Shown here: positions 1-10,154 of the stretch, piece after piece
How the letters are laid out: each line of letters begins with the position of its first letter
How positions within the stretch are numbered: the stretch's first letter is position 1
NCBI GenBank assembly: GCA_037142615.1
Contig: JBAXAI010000001.1
Location: 192,001 to 256,000 of the forward strand
Direction: 5' to 3'
Source: Spirochaetales bacterium
GTDB lineage: Bacteria; Spirochaetota; Spirochaetia; JABEVK01
DNA length: 64,000 nt
Made by a program: the position numbers and the translations under genes
Notes under the pieces: model-generated
Seen by the model: only the letters and a program-made list of their open reading frames with translations
The model's database searches: none
What the model was told of the DNA's origin: nothing

Positions 1-409
1 TTTTGTACCGGGTTCCCCAGGTGTCGATGGCTGTAAAAGGGAGGTAGAGGAGTTTCGCGCCTAAACCGATGCCCAGATCGGTATCGCGGATCGTGAAGAC
101 GGCGGCCTCGAGCCGCGATTCGCCAATCCAGTCATTGTGATAAATCGAGATTTCGGTGTCTTTGAGCAGGGCGCTGCCGGCGGGGTTGGCCTCCATGTAC
201 CCCGAGTCCCTCAGGACGGCGGAATAGGCGGTTCCCATGGCTTGGTACATGCCACCAGGCGGAATAACCAACGTCCAGAAGGCGGCCTTTCCAGCGTGCG
301 GATCGATGCCAGCGATGTCGGCAAGGGCCTTGTACCAGTCTTCAAGACCCTGCGACGAGGCCGAGCTTGCCAGAAAAAGGAAAAGGAGGGCCGCCGCGAA
401 TCTTTTCAT
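1..409 (-). CDS. UPF0164 family exported/outer-membrane protein, 3' end outside the window
   Basis: Not in the ORF track. Manual translation from ATG 409: MKRFAAALLFLFLASSASSQ (signal peptide)...TLVIPPGGMYQAMGTAYSAVLRDSGYMEANPAGSA, matching the treponemal UPF0164 motif IPxGG...GTA...EANPAGS. Frame open to the window edge. Confidence 0.75.
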   Translation of the reverse strand, partial: MKRFAAALLFLFLASSASSQGLEDWYKALADIAGIDPHAGKAAFWTLVIPPGGMYQAMGTAYSAVLRDSGYMEANPAGSALLKDTEISIYHNDWIGESRLEAAVFTIRDTDLGIGLGAKLLYLPFTAIDTWGTRYK

Positions 410-413
410 GAAG

Positions 414-444
414 TTGTCCACATTATACCATAAAAGGGTATGAT
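414..444. promoter_or_regulatory. overlapping divergent sigma70-type -10 elements
   Basis: Minus strand: extended -10 TGG-TATAAT (430-422). Plus strand: TATGAT at 439-444. AT-rich gap between divergent genes. Confidence 0.5.
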
Positions 445-486
445 AGCCAAACCTGACGGGTCCTGGATGACCCCGGAGCCAGTGAA

Positions 487-3400
487 CTGAAGCCCGCCGT
501 AGCACGCCTTGGAATCTCCCTCTTGTTCCTCCTCGTCGTCGTTCCGGTGTTGCCGGCTCAGCAGACCGACTTCTTCACCTCGATTCTCAAGGGTTTGGGA
601 CTTGTCAAGGAAAATCAGGTCACCATTACCGACGCCACGTCGTTGATCGAGGCCAAGGATTACGACGGCGCCCTCAAGGTCGCCCTTTCACTGATCGAGC
701 AGCAGAACTACAACGATGCCATGGCCATCGCCAAGCAGTTGGTTCCTCTCAAGCAACTCGCGCCGGCCGTTAACATTACCTCCAAGCTCATCGCGCTCAA
801 CCCACATCCCGAGCAGCAGATCGTGTTCGACGGGTACGGAGACTTTCTGGCGATTGCCGACCTGTTGATCAAGGAGCAGGACTACAATGACGCTCTCGTC
901 GTTCTGGCAGGCGTTATCCGCCGTCCCGACTACCTCGATGACGCTCAGGTCCTGATCAACAAGGTTCGCGACTTGCGCAACCGCTACAACAGCCTGGGCG
1001 ACGAACTGGTGGCTGCCCTCAAAGTTGGCGACGCCGAGAAAGCCAAGGGGATCATCGTGACCATGGAGTCGGTCGACAAGAACCCCAACGACAAGACTCT
1101 GGTTCAGATCAAGCTCGCCAAACGCTCGGTCAACAAGATCGTGTTTGAGAAGCAAGTCAATGCCATCATGGACGCCGCAGCCCTCCTGTTGAAGAACCGC
1201 GAGTACGGCGCAGCCATCCTGAAGTATCTGGAGGCTGAACCCGTGGCCAAGGCCGAGTTCGCCGAAAACCAATACGGCAACATCACCGAGAACCTCGTGA
1301 ACCGTTCGTGGGACGACCTGAAGGCAGCGACGGCGCTGCTCACACCCCAAGAAGCCGCCCTCAAGACTTCGGCCACGACGGGGACCCGCTTGCTTGGCGG
1401 TCCCTTGGCTGATCTCACGGCCGGGCTGGCGGGCCTGACTGACACCTGGAAGAGCTTCTTTTCGTGGCGAAAGCGGGTGTGGGCAAGCAATCAGCAATTC
1501 CAGACTCAGGCCAGCCTGATCTTGAAAAGCCGCACCCAGGATGACTTCTACCTGACGTATTCGTTGTGGCTTGACCAGGGGCGGCCCACCGCGAAGGCCC
1601 CAGAGGGAATCCTGTATGCGATGGACCAACTCTGGACCGAGGCCATCACCCCGTGGAGTCAACAGATTCGAACCAGGGTCGAAACCCAGTACCAGCAGGC
1701 CAAGACAACGTTCGAAGCCGGTCAGTATGACGCTTCCCTGACGGCCTTTCAGAGTCTGAAAGTGCTAACCCGTTCTTCGGTGGACCTGCTGGCCTTGAAC
1801 AACCTGCAAGCCTACGTTCTCGACGACGGTTCGCTTGACAGGGCCTACACGGCACGCTTGAAGGACACCCTTCCTCTGGCCGTTCAAGTTCAAAGCCGCC
1901 TGCTTCTGGCCAACCAGGGTGCTCAGGCCAGCCTGGACTTGAAGGCGCTCGCTGTTGCGTCTTCGGACCGGAACCTCGACCGACCGGGGCTCGAAGCAGC
2001 CCGAGCGAATGTTCGTACCATGCGCGAGAACTTCATTGCCGATGCCGAAAAAACGACGTCGGGAATCCGCCGGGAAACTTCGCTGGCCCAGGACGGGTGG
2101 AAGCTCCTCGACCCCCTCGCGGTGTTGAACGGTTGGCTGGCCCAGTGGAATACTTTCCGGCAGAAGGCGGCCGGGCAGGAAGCCGTCTTTGTAGACCGCC
2201 GGGGCAAGCTTGACTACGACCTGCTTGACGGCAGGAACGCCCAGTTGGTGGCCTCGTTGGCCGCAGCCCAGACCCAGGTCCAGGGTGTCGTCTCGGTGGT
2301 CGCAGGAAATACCCAGACTAAGCGGCTGCCCCTGCAAGCATCCGTGGCTCTCGAGGCGCTCCGGCCGTTGCAGGATGTTCTACAAAAAGACATCGCCGCT
2401 TTCATCGGCCTTTACGACGGCGAAACCCCCGAGGTCAAAACGGCCGCTGTTCTGGCTTGGCCACCCAAGGGCCGCACTTTGCTGGCTGCGCTTGCCCAGA
2501 GCCAGGCATTGCAGACCCAATTGTTAGCCACCGCCAGGGCGAACTACGCCCAGTCCCAGACGCTCAAGAAGCAGGGGCAAGACCTCGGGCCTCAGGTCGA
2601 AGCCGCGATTGGGGCCGAAAACTTCCCGCAAGCGAAGACGCTTCTGACGCAGATGTCAGGCCTTTATACCCAGTCGCTCGCCGCGCAAGATGACCCGGTG
2701 TTCGCCGCTTCGGCCGAAAAAGAAAACGCCCGCCTGAATGACCTCTATAACAAGGGCTTTCAGAATCTGGTGGTAAAGGATGTGCGAAAGTACATCACCG
2801 ACGGTAGCCAGGCCTACCTGAACGCGCAATTTGCCGCCGCCGAGCAGGTTCTCACCAAGGCTAAGTCGCGCTGGGCCGAGGCGTACGGCGACGCCAACGA
2901 GGAAGTTGCCCGTTGGCTCAACCTGGCGACTATCGCCCAAGGTGCGTCGACCGGCCGCGAGGTGAACGCGATCGACCCGTTGTACAACGAGGTTCAGCAG
3001 TTGCTGAACTTTGCCCGCCGCGACTACAACGACGCGCAGGCCCTGCTCAAAGCGGGCAAGACCAAGGACTCCGACGCTCTGTTCGACCGCGCCATCGGAG
3101 TCTTGAGCAAGATTCTGCTCATTTATCCGTTCAATCAAGAAATGGGTCTGCTCAAGTTGCAGATCGAAAAGGACCGCAACCCCGATGGGTTCTCGGCCTT
3201 GTTCAAGACCAAGCTCGACACGGCCGTGGCCCAGATTGCCAAGAACCCGGCTCAGGCCTACACCGACCTCCAGGACCTCGACAAGATTCAGCCTGGAGAC
3301 GCATCGTTGGCTGCAGCCATCAAGCGGGTACGCACGGTGCTCGGACTGGAAAAACAGCCCCTGGATCCCGCCAAGAAGATCCAGGCCGACAAACTCTACG

Positions 3401-3732
3401 CGCAAGCCAAGGCGGCTTACGACAGTGGTAACATCAACCGTTTTGCTCAGGCCAGGGTCGACGTTGACAGCGCGCTTTCGCTGATCCAGCCCACCAGTGA
3501 CGCCCGCTATACGGCACTCAAGGACTTGCTGTCGCAGTCCACAAACACCTCCGTGACGTTCTCGTTGGCTCAGCAGGCAGAGTGGGAATCCATCCTCGGC
3601 GCGGTCAACCAAGGCTCCTTCGTGATCGCTTCTGGCTTGCTAGACGGGTTCAAGAGAAAGTACCCTAACACCGTGAGAGACTCCCGCGTCGTGCAATACA
3701 CCGACAAGATTTCCAACGGACTCAATCGATGA
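487..3732 (+). CDS. large exported alpha-helical/TPR-like repeat protein
   Basis: 1069-aa ORF from 523. In-frame extension to CTG 487 (GGAG at 475-478) gives a complete signal peptide MKPAVARLGISLLFLLVVVPVLPAQ. Repeated 'dYd.Al' helical-hairpin motifs. Confidence 0.8.
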   Translation: MKPAVARLGISLLFLLVVVPVLPAQQTDFFTSILKGLGLVKENQVTITDATSLIEAKDYDGALKVALSLIEQQNYNDAMAIAKQLVPLKQLAPAVNITSKLIALNPHPEQQIVFDGYGDFLAIADLLIKEQDYNDALVVLAGVIRRPDYLDDAQVLINKVRDLRNRYNSLGDELVAALKVGDAEKAKGIIVTMESVDKNPNDKTLVQIKLAKRSVNKIVFEKQVNAIMDAAALLLKNREYGAAILKYLEAEPVAKAEFAENQYGNITENLVNRSWDDLKAATALLTPQEAALKTSATTGTRLLGGPLADLTAGLAGLTDTWKSFFSWRKRVWASNQQFQTQASLILKSRTQDDFYLTYSLWLDQGRPTAKAPEGILYAMDQLWTEAITPWSQQIRTRVETQYQQAKTTFEAGQYDASLTAFQSLKVLTRSSVDLLALNNLQAYVLDDGSLDRAYTARLKDTLPLAVQVQSRLLLANQGAQASLDLKALAVASSDRNLDRPGLEAARANVRTMRENFIADAEKTTSGIRRETSLAQDGWKLLDPLAVLNGWLAQWNTFRQKAAGQEAVFVDRRGKLDYDLLDGRNAQLVASLAAAQTQVQGVVSVVAGNTQTKRLPLQASVALEALRPLQDVLQKDIAAFIGLYDGETPEVKTAAVLAWPPKGRTLLAALAQSQALQTQLLATARANYAQSQTLKKQGQDLGPQVEAAIGAENFPQAKTLLTQMSGLYTQSLAAQDDPVFAASAEKENARLNDLYNKGFQNLVVKDVRKYITDGSQAYLNAQFAAAEQVLTKAKSRWAEAYGDANEEVARWLNLATIAQGASTGREVNAIDPLYNEVQQLLNFARRDYNDAQALLKAGKTKDSDALFDRAIGVLSKILLIYPFNQEMGLLKLQIEKDRNPDGFSALFKTKLDTAVAQIAKNPAQAYTDLQDLDKIQPGDASLAAAIKRVRTVLGLEKQPLDPAKKIQADKLYAQAKAAYDSGNINRFAQARVDVDSALSLIQPTSDARYTALKDLLSQSTNTSVTFSLAQQAEWESILGAVNQGSFVIASGLLDGFKRKYPNTVRDSRVVQYTDKISNGLNR

Positions 3733-6700
3733 CAGGTGTCAAACGGTGGATGCTCACCGTGCTGCTGGCGGGTATGAGTTCCCTTCTTGGGGCCCAAACC
3801 ACCTTCTGGGACGATCCGGAAACCTTGGGCTTCAAAGCCTCCGCCTTTCCCGTCACCGTGGGGAACGCCCAGGAGGCCGGCGCTTTCTGGCAGGTGAAGG
3901 CTGGCGTGGAGGGAGGCTGGCCACAGTATTACCTGGCTTTCGTCCACCGTCATCTGGGTGACCAGACATGGTCGGCTCCCCGAAATGTGCTCGGGCCCTT
4001 CACGCTGACCGGCGGCGATTCCCAGTTCTATTCGGCGCTTTGGACCGCCTCGGGCGATCTCTGGGTGGCGGCGCTGGACAAAGAGGGCCAGGTTACTATT
4101 TTTCGGTCGAAAGACCAGGGGAACACCTTTGCTTCCGAAGACGTGCTGACCAGCCCGCGAACACAAACCCTTCTGGTTCCTCGGTTGTTTCTCAACGCCG
4201 CCGATGAACCCCTTCTTGTTGTCAACGAGGCCGACGACGTGAGTATCCGCCTTTCCTCGGCCCTTTTTCACGGGGGAGTCTGGAGCGACTTGAAGCCGTT
4301 GGCCCCGGCCAGCGAAACGCTCAGCAGTTATCAGATTTCGGTCTCGGCTCACGGAAGCGTGCTCACGGCCGTCTACCAGAGCCCCAACAGCCGCAACAAC
4401 TACCAGATCTACCGGCGGGACTCGCTCGACGGGGGTCTGAGCTGGGGACCCTCGGTGCTGCTTTCCGACTTTGACCCGACGGTGAATCCGGACCTTTACG
4501 ACAACCAGCGGCCGAACGCCCTTTGGTACAAGGACCGCCTCTACGTCGTTTGGGAGCGCAAGACCGCCGGTACGCAGACCCTGCTGCAGTGGCTGGCCTT
4601 CGACAATGCCGGCAAAGTCGTTCCCGGTTCGGCGCGCGAACTCACCACGAACGACTATTCTTCGCGCAATCCCCAGTTGTTCAGTTTTGGCGGCCGCCTG
4701 CAAATGACCTGGTTTGAGAACCAGAGCCGCGCCTACAATCAAACGCTGGCAACCTGGAACGCCGAGGTTGCCAGCTTCACCTCGAAAGTGCTTTCTGACA
4801 GCCCCGGCAACAACTACCTCGGTCAGGCTATCGGCCTTGGTAGCGATCTTTACGTGTTCTGGCAGTCAGTTTTTGGCTCAGGAACAGCGGCGACTTCTCA
4901 GGTAGTGGTGAGGGGACCAGACCTCCGCGTCGCCGCGCCAACCATTGTGCCGGTAAACTTCCTCGCCGGCCGGGCTTCCAGTAACGCCGACTTCCGGGTC
5001 CAGATTTTGTACCCGCGCGATATCTCGGGAATCACCGGAGCCAGTTGGTCATTTGGCAAGGATTCTGCTCAGGTTCCGGAACCCGTCGTGACTCTGACCG
5101 GGAAGGACCCGACTCTGGTCGTCCATGACAGCTTGGAGGGCGAAACGTGGCTGGCTGTGCGCGTACGGGACTTGGCCGGCAACTGGTCAGCTCCCGCCCT
5201 TCAGAAACTGGTGCTCGATTTGACTCCCCCTGGTTCGGTGCTTTTCCGCCTTCCGGCGGTGGATACCGAAGGCTACCTGACCTCGAACACGTTTGACCTG
5301 TCTTGGGACACCTCGACCGGCGAGACTTCGGCCTGGTCCTGGCGTTTGGACCGCATCGGCGATTTTGCTGTACCGGCGACCCTCCAGAAACTGAAACTCG
5401 ACCGGGCTCCGCTCACCCCGACGGGAGCGGTTGCCCAGTTCTCGAGAACCAACCTGGAAGACGGCGTGTGGAGCCTGACGGTTGCGGCCTTCGACGAAGC
5501 GGGAAACCAGGGGCCTTCCTCCAGCTTCTTTTTCCGCCTCAACAAGTACAAGCCCTTCACGCTGATCAACCGGGTCGTGATCTCCGAGGACGACTTCCAG
5601 CGCTTCACCCTCGAGCTCCAGGGCCTCGGCTTCACCGCTGGGGGGCGAGTGACCACCGTGGTTCTGGACCGCGACGGCAAAGCTCCCTGGGACTATCAGC
5701 TTGCGCCGGCGACACTTACCAACACGGTCATCACGGCCCGGGCGGCAGATCTGCAACAGGGGGTCTACCGCATCGGAGTGCTGCACAGCGTCCGCGGTCC
5801 CACGTTCGCCACCAAGACGCTGCAAGTCGGTCAGAACGGCACCGTGAAGCTCGGGGACTTCCGAAACCTGGATGAGACGGTCTGGGAGTTCTTCCGCGGA
5901 GTTGCAGTCTACTTCTCGGTCAATACCGCGTTCTTCTGGGTCGTAGTCGCCTTCCTTGCGCTGGCGATTGCCTTCTCGGCGAGGCAATTGGGCCGGGTAT
6001 GGACCGAGATGCGCCGGGTTGACCGTCAGGCAAACGACCTGTTTACCGATACCTATAGCAAGAGAGCCGAACTGAGCAAGATCGCCTCACTTGGCAGGAG
6101 AGTTTCCATGCAACGCAGAGGCCTTGGCCTGACCATCAAGTTCGCAGCCTCGATTCTCGCCTTGACCATCGCCGTCATCCTCATGCTGGCGCTCGTCCTT
6201 GGCTTCGTGATCACCGAGAACTCGCGGACCAGCCTGGGGAACGCGCTTCAGCAGCGGGCCGATGTGCTCCTCGAAGGAATGGTTTCGGGGGCGAGGTCCA
6301 ACCTGCCTACGGCCGAAAACAACCTGTCGGAGCTCATCCTGCTGCCCTCGCAGATCGCGTCGATGCGCAAGGATGACCGTCATTTGGACGCGATTTTTGC
6401 TACCATTACAGGACGAATCAACCGTGAGCCAGGCAAGAAACCGGGGTATTCGTACCTCTGGTCGACAAACGATCCCGACTATCTCAAAAAGATTGATACC
6501 CCGCAACTCAATCGTGGCGTGTCGACCTGGAAGTCGACCGACGCAGTCGAAAAGGCCTACCGCGAACTGCAGACTTCGCTCAATCAACGGGCCCGCCAAC
6601 AGGTCGGCGACTTGACAACGCAGGTCGATGCGCTCAACAAGCAGATTGTCGACTACAAGGGTTCTGTCACCGACGCCAAGTACCTCGACCTCACAGCCAG

Positions 6701-8468
6701 TGTCGGCGATCTCAAGACACAGATCGCCACCCAGCTCGCTACGGTCGGAAAAGAGAGCTACACGGAGCCGAAGTACGACACTGCGACGTTGCTCACCAAC
6801 CCGATAACCCGCTTTGACTTCTACAAACCAGTTCTCTATTACTCCGAGGGCGACAACGAGAACTTCGTCAAGGGTCTTGTCCGGCTGGAAGTCTCTACCG
6901 AGTCGATTGTCCGCGACATCACGACCGCACAGCAGAACCTCGTGGTGACCACGTTGATCATCGCTTTGGTGGCCCTTTTCCTCGGCCTTATCGGTGCATT
7001 GGTGCTGTCACGCATTACGGTCGGTCCGATCCGACTCCTCGCTGATGGCGTGAAGGTGATCCGCGACACCGAAGACAAAACCCTGCTCGAAGGCCACGTG
7101 ATCCGCGTGAACACTCGCGACGAGCTGTCGGAACTGGCCCAAGCGATTAACCAGATGACGCGCGGGCTGGTCGATGGTGCCAACAAGACCCAGGACCTCA
7201 CCAAAGGAAAAGTCGAGCAGAAGACCCTTTTCATCCCGCTCGACAAGGACGACGACGACCAGAAACTCACAACGTTCCACCGGGATCTACCGGACATCGA
7301 GGTGTTCGCGTACTACGAGGGCGCCAAGCTTGTCTCGGGGGACCTCTACGAGTTCCGTCAGCTTGACACCCGGGACGGTAGGAACCTGAACTCCCCGTGG
7401 TACGGAATCATGAAGGGTGACGTGTCGGGCAAGGGCGTCGAAGCGGGCATGATCATGGCCATCGCCGCCATGTTCGTCACGACCTTCTTCCGCAAATGGA
7501 CCGAGTCCCGCGACGCGAAAGACACCAAAATTGACAGCCTGCTCTACCAGGTCAACGATACCCTCGAGCCTATCCTTGCCGAGGCTGGGCGTGGTCTTTT
7601 CGTGGCGCTGAACATTGGCGTGCTCAACACCAAAACCGGACACCTTCGTTATGGTCAGGCCGGTGACAACATTCTGCACGTTTGGCGTGGAAGAGAAGGG
7701 CGCTACGAAACCGTACCGCTTCCCAACACCATTTCGGTCGGCGCCATGCCGACCTCCATGCATCGCAACGACTTGAAGTACGCCAACCGCGACCTGGCAA
7801 TCGAGGTCGGCGACACACTGCTGTATTTCACCGACGGTATCGAAGAAAGTCAGAGCCACTACCGCGATGCCAACTGGCACGAGGTCGCCTACTACAACCC
7901 TGAGGATCCCACCACGGTTGCCCCCCCCGGTTCACGGCGGGAAGTGCAGGTAGAAGGGGCACCAGAAGGGGTGAGGCGGACCGTTCAGGCCCAAGGGACC
8001 GAAGACTTCAGCCCCGAACGCATGCAGGCCGTGATCGAAGCCTTCTACCGGCGTGAGGTTTACGAACTCCGCAAGAAGAACAGCCCGGACCCGAACCTCG
8101 TCTACCATTTTGACTTCACCGGTTGCGACGGTTCGGCCAAGCAGCTCGTGACGGCGCTGATTTCGATCGACCGGATTTTCCGTCTGGTCCCCGACCCGAA
8201 GGCAACCGAAGAGGACCGCATTCAACTCGACCTTGTCGAAGACGCGTTCCTGAGAACTCATTTCGCGGAATACGAGCGATACTTCCGCGACGGTTACCAG
8301 ACCTACGAGAAGGCCGACAAAGCGAAAGGGGATCTCGCCGACGCCGAAGGCAACAAACTCGTCGGTGGCAAGCGCGTCATTCAGGACCCCGCCTACATCT
8401 GGTATAACCACCTCAAGGAAGACCATCAGTTCGACGACCTGACGCTGCTGGCGATTCGGCGCAAATGA
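3729..8468 (+). CDS. membrane sensor protein phosphatase (SpoIIE/PP2C family) with periplasmic beta-propeller/Ig-like region and HAMP domain
   Basis: Signal peptide; Asp-box-like S-x-D-x-G-x-[TS]-[WF] repeats; D-x-A-G-N Ig/FN3-like motifs; 3 hydrophobic segments; HAMP (RDELSELAQAINQM); PP2C motifs VSGDLY, GDVSGKG, FTDG, DDLTLLAI. Confidence 0.9.
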   Translation: MTGVKRWMLTVLLAGMSSLLGAQTTFWDDPETLGFKASAFPVTVGNAQEAGAFWQVKAGVEGGWPQYYLAFVHRHLGDQTWSAPRNVLGPFTLTGGDSQFYSALWTASGDLWVAALDKEGQVTIFRSKDQGNTFASEDVLTSPRTQTLLVPRLFLNAADEPLLVVNEADDVSIRLSSALFHGGVWSDLKPLAPASETLSSYQISVSAHGSVLTAVYQSPNSRNNYQIYRRDSLDGGLSWGPSVLLSDFDPTVNPDLYDNQRPNALWYKDRLYVVWERKTAGTQTLLQWLAFDNAGKVVPGSARELTTNDYSSRNPQLFSFGGRLQMTWFENQSRAYNQTLATWNAEVASFTSKVLSDSPGNNYLGQAIGLGSDLYVFWQSVFGSGTAATSQVVVRGPDLRVAAPTIVPVNFLAGRASSNADFRVQILYPRDISGITGASWSFGKDSAQVPEPVVTLTGKDPTLVVHDSLEGETWLAVRVRDLAGNWSAPALQKLVLDLTPPGSVLFRLPAVDTEGYLTSNTFDLSWDTSTGETSAWSWRLDRIGDFAVPATLQKLKLDRAPLTPTGAVAQFSRTNLEDGVWSLTVAAFDEAGNQGPSSSFFFRLNKYKPFTLINRVVISEDDFQRFTLELQGLGFTAGGRVTTVVLDRDGKAPWDYQLAPATLTNTVITARAADLQQGVYRIGVLHSVRGPTFATKTLQVGQNGTVKLGDFRNLDETVWEFFRGVAVYFSVNTAFFWVVVAFLALAIAFSARQLGRVWTEMRRVDRQANDLFTDTYSKRAELSKIASLGRRVSMQRRGLGLTIKFAASILALTIAVILMLALVLGFVITENSRTSLGNALQQRADVLLEGMVSGARSNLPTAENNLSELILLPSQIASMRKDDRHLDAIFATITGRINREPGKKPGYSYLWSTNDPDYLKKIDTPQLNRGVSTWKSTDAVEKAYRELQTSLNQRARQQVGDLTTQVDALNKQIVDYKGSVTDAKYLDLTASVGDLKTQIATQLATVGKESYTEPKYDTATLLTNPITRFDFYKPVLYYSEGDNENFVKGLVRLEVSTESIVRDITTAQQNLVVTTLIIALVALFLGLIGALVLSRITVGPIRLLADGVKVIRDTEDKTLLEGHVIRVNTRDELSELAQAINQMTRGLVDGANKTQDLTKGKVEQKTLFIPLDKDDDDQKLTTFHRDLPDIEVFAYYEGAKLVSGDLYEFRQLDTRDGRNLNSPWYGIMKGDVSGKGVEAGMIMAIAAMFVTTFFRKWTESRDAKDTKIDSLLYQVNDTLEPILAEAGRGLFVALNIGVLNTKTGHLRYGQAGDNILHVWRGREGRYETVPLPNTISVGAMPTSMHRNDLKYANRDLAIEVGDTLLYFTDGIEESQSHYRDANWHEVAYYNPEDPTTVAPPGSRREVQVEGAPEGVRRTVQAQGTEDFSPERMQAVIEAFYRREVYELRKKNSPDPNLVYHFDFTGCDGSAKQLVTALISIDRIFRLVPDPKATEEDRIQLDLVEDAFLRTHFAEYERYFRDGYQTYEKADKAKGDLADAEGNKLVGGKRVIQDPAYIWYNHLKEDHQFDDLTLLAIRRK

Positions 8469-9334
8469 GCCGTGCCCTGCTGCTGGGGTTGTCACTTTTT
8501 CTGTCATCGCTGGCGAGTGGCCAGGACTCGGCACACCAATTTCAGCTGAGAAATGGAGATACCGACCAGCTTCTCCTCTATTGGCTCTTGGATTCGTCGC
8601 CGGTGACGCAGACGACCCTGCAAAGTCGGCTCGACAGCGCCCCCGTAGCGCAGCGTCCTCTGGCGCACGGTGAAACCAGTCTGTTGGAGTACCGCGCTGA
8701 CGAAACCCTTTTGCTTTGTTTTGTTCCTTGGAATCAGTCTCCAGGTTACCAGGATGAGCTGATCGGGGCCGCCGTGAGGGTCAAGACCCTGACTCCTGGC
8801 AAGCAGATTTCGTTCAACCACCAGGCCTGGGACTCAACACCCAGTGTGCAACTTCGTGCCAGCCTTCAGGACTGGGGTCTCACCACGGGGACCTTGGCCC
8901 TTGACGGCAAACCGGGGGACTGGGCCGGCCTCCCCACCATGGCACGCTTCGGTGGAGGATTCCCTGAAGGAAGCCCGGCTTCGGTTCAGTTTGCTGTTAC
9001 TGACCAGGCACTCTGGTTCCATTTTGTTGATCGAGCCAAGCCGGTTGCTGTCACCTGGGTTCTCAAGGCAGGCAACCGCTGGTGGGAAATCGCTTCCGCC
9101 GGAGCAGAGGGCCGGGTCTGGCTGTTTGGCCCCGAGCTCCCCAAGGGCCTTGCCGTGGGAACCCGCTTGCGCGCTGGAAACGATCTCGAGGGGTGGATTG
9201 TCTTGGATCGCCTGCCCGAGGCGGACCGTACGGCTCTGCTTGGCTCAACCCTTGAGTTCCGTCGCCTTGTCGAAAACGGCGCATCTGCCGATAATGCCCT
9301 CATGACAGAGTTTTCGTTGGCAGAGCTTCCATGA
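8465..9334 (+). CDS. exported hypothetical protein, possible CBM9/DOMON-like C-terminal domain
   Basis: Signal peptide; LDGKPGDW motif; ATGA overlaps on both sides. Confidence 0.65.
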   Translation: MSRALLLGLSLFLSSLASGQDSAHQFQLRNGDTDQLLLYWLLDSSPVTQTTLQSRLDSAPVAQRPLAHGETSLLEYRADETLLLCFVPWNQSPGYQDELIGAAVRVKTLTPGKQISFNHQAWDSTPSVQLRASLQDWGLTTGTLALDGKPGDWAGLPTMARFGGGFPEGSPASVQFAVTDQALWFHFVDRAKPVAVTWVLKAGNRWWEIASAGAEGRVWLFGPELPKGLAVGTRLRAGNDLEGWIVLDRLPEADRTALLGSTLEFRRLVENGASADNALMTEFSLAELP

Positions 9335-9612
9335 GTCGTGGCCGTTTCTTTTGTGAACATTGCGGCGCTCAGGTTCCTCTGGAAGTTTCGACCTGCCCCA
9401 AGTGTCATCGCGGTTTCGGCGATGTTCTGTGTCCGCGGTGCCAACATAGCGGACCTTCACCGACCTTTGTCAACGGCTGTCCGTCATGTGGTTATCTTTC
9501 CGTGGCCCCCGAAAGGGCCAGTGCTCGTTCCTCACGCTTTGTTCCTGCCATGACGGTGCTGTTGATTTTGCTCGCAGCTGCGGCCGTGGTCGCTTGGGTG
9601 GTTCGCCGATGA
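9331..9612 (+). CDS. double zinc-ribbon membrane-anchored protein
   Basis: Four CxxC pairs (CEHC, CPKC, CPRC, CPSC) and a C-terminal hydrophobic helix. Confidence 0.85.
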   Translation: MSRGRFFCEHCGAQVPLEVSTCPKCHRGFGDVLCPRCQHSGPSPTFVNGCPSCGYLSVAPERASARSSRFVPAMTVLLILLAAAAVVAWVVRR

Positions 9613-10154
9613 AAAAGACTTGTGCCCGGGGGCTTTGGATCTTCGCGCTGGGGCTTTCGTTGGCCTGCGTGGCACCAGCCCAGACCAAGGTTCCCTTGGT
9701 AGCGGGCTTTGACGTGTTCAAGCTGGGCATGCCTCTGACCGAGCTCAAGGCAGCGCTGAAGAACAACTCTTTTTTTCTGTACGAGGGAGATCCCGACGTG
9801 ACATTGCTGTCGCGGCCTAACACCAGCCTGATCGATGTGCCGGGCATCACGTATTTTTCCCGTGGGGTATTTCAACTGCTTGACGGCACTTTGTACAGCA
9901 TCACGCTGGAACTGAATCCGGTGCAGCTCGACTACTTCGCCATGTACACGACGTTGAGCAAAAAATACGGGGATCCGGTTGCTCTCGACCCCTCGATCGC
10001 GCGGTGGGAAACTCCGGCGGTGCGCCTGACCTTGGAGCGCCCATTGACGGTGAAGTACCTCGATATGCCCCGCTTTGTCGCCTTGCAGAAGAGTGGGACT
10101 GCCCAGAAAGCCCTTCAGAACCTGACCCGGGAGAAATTTCTTGAAAACTTTTAG
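9609..10154 (+). CDS. exported hypothetical protein
   Basis: ATGA-coupled start MKKTCARGLWIFALGLSLA (signal peptide); same frame as ORF 9486..10154. Confidence 0.75.
   Translation: MKKTCARGLWIFALGLSLACVAPAQTKVPLVAGFDVFKLGMPLTELKAALKNNSFFLYEGDPDVTLLSRPNTSLIDVPGITYFSRGVFQLLDGTLYSITLELNPVQLDYFAMYTTLSKKYGDPVALDPSIARWETPAVRLTLERPLTVKYLDMPRFVALQKSGTAQKALQNLTREKFLENF

Noticed and set aside
137-443. Plus-strand ORFs 137-433 and 237-443
   Set aside because: Antisense to the UPF0164 gene, which has a signal peptide and family motifs.
7921-7928. C8 run in the PP2C gene, and the A8 run near 46268
   Set aside because: Both reading frames are intact; no evidence of phase variation.
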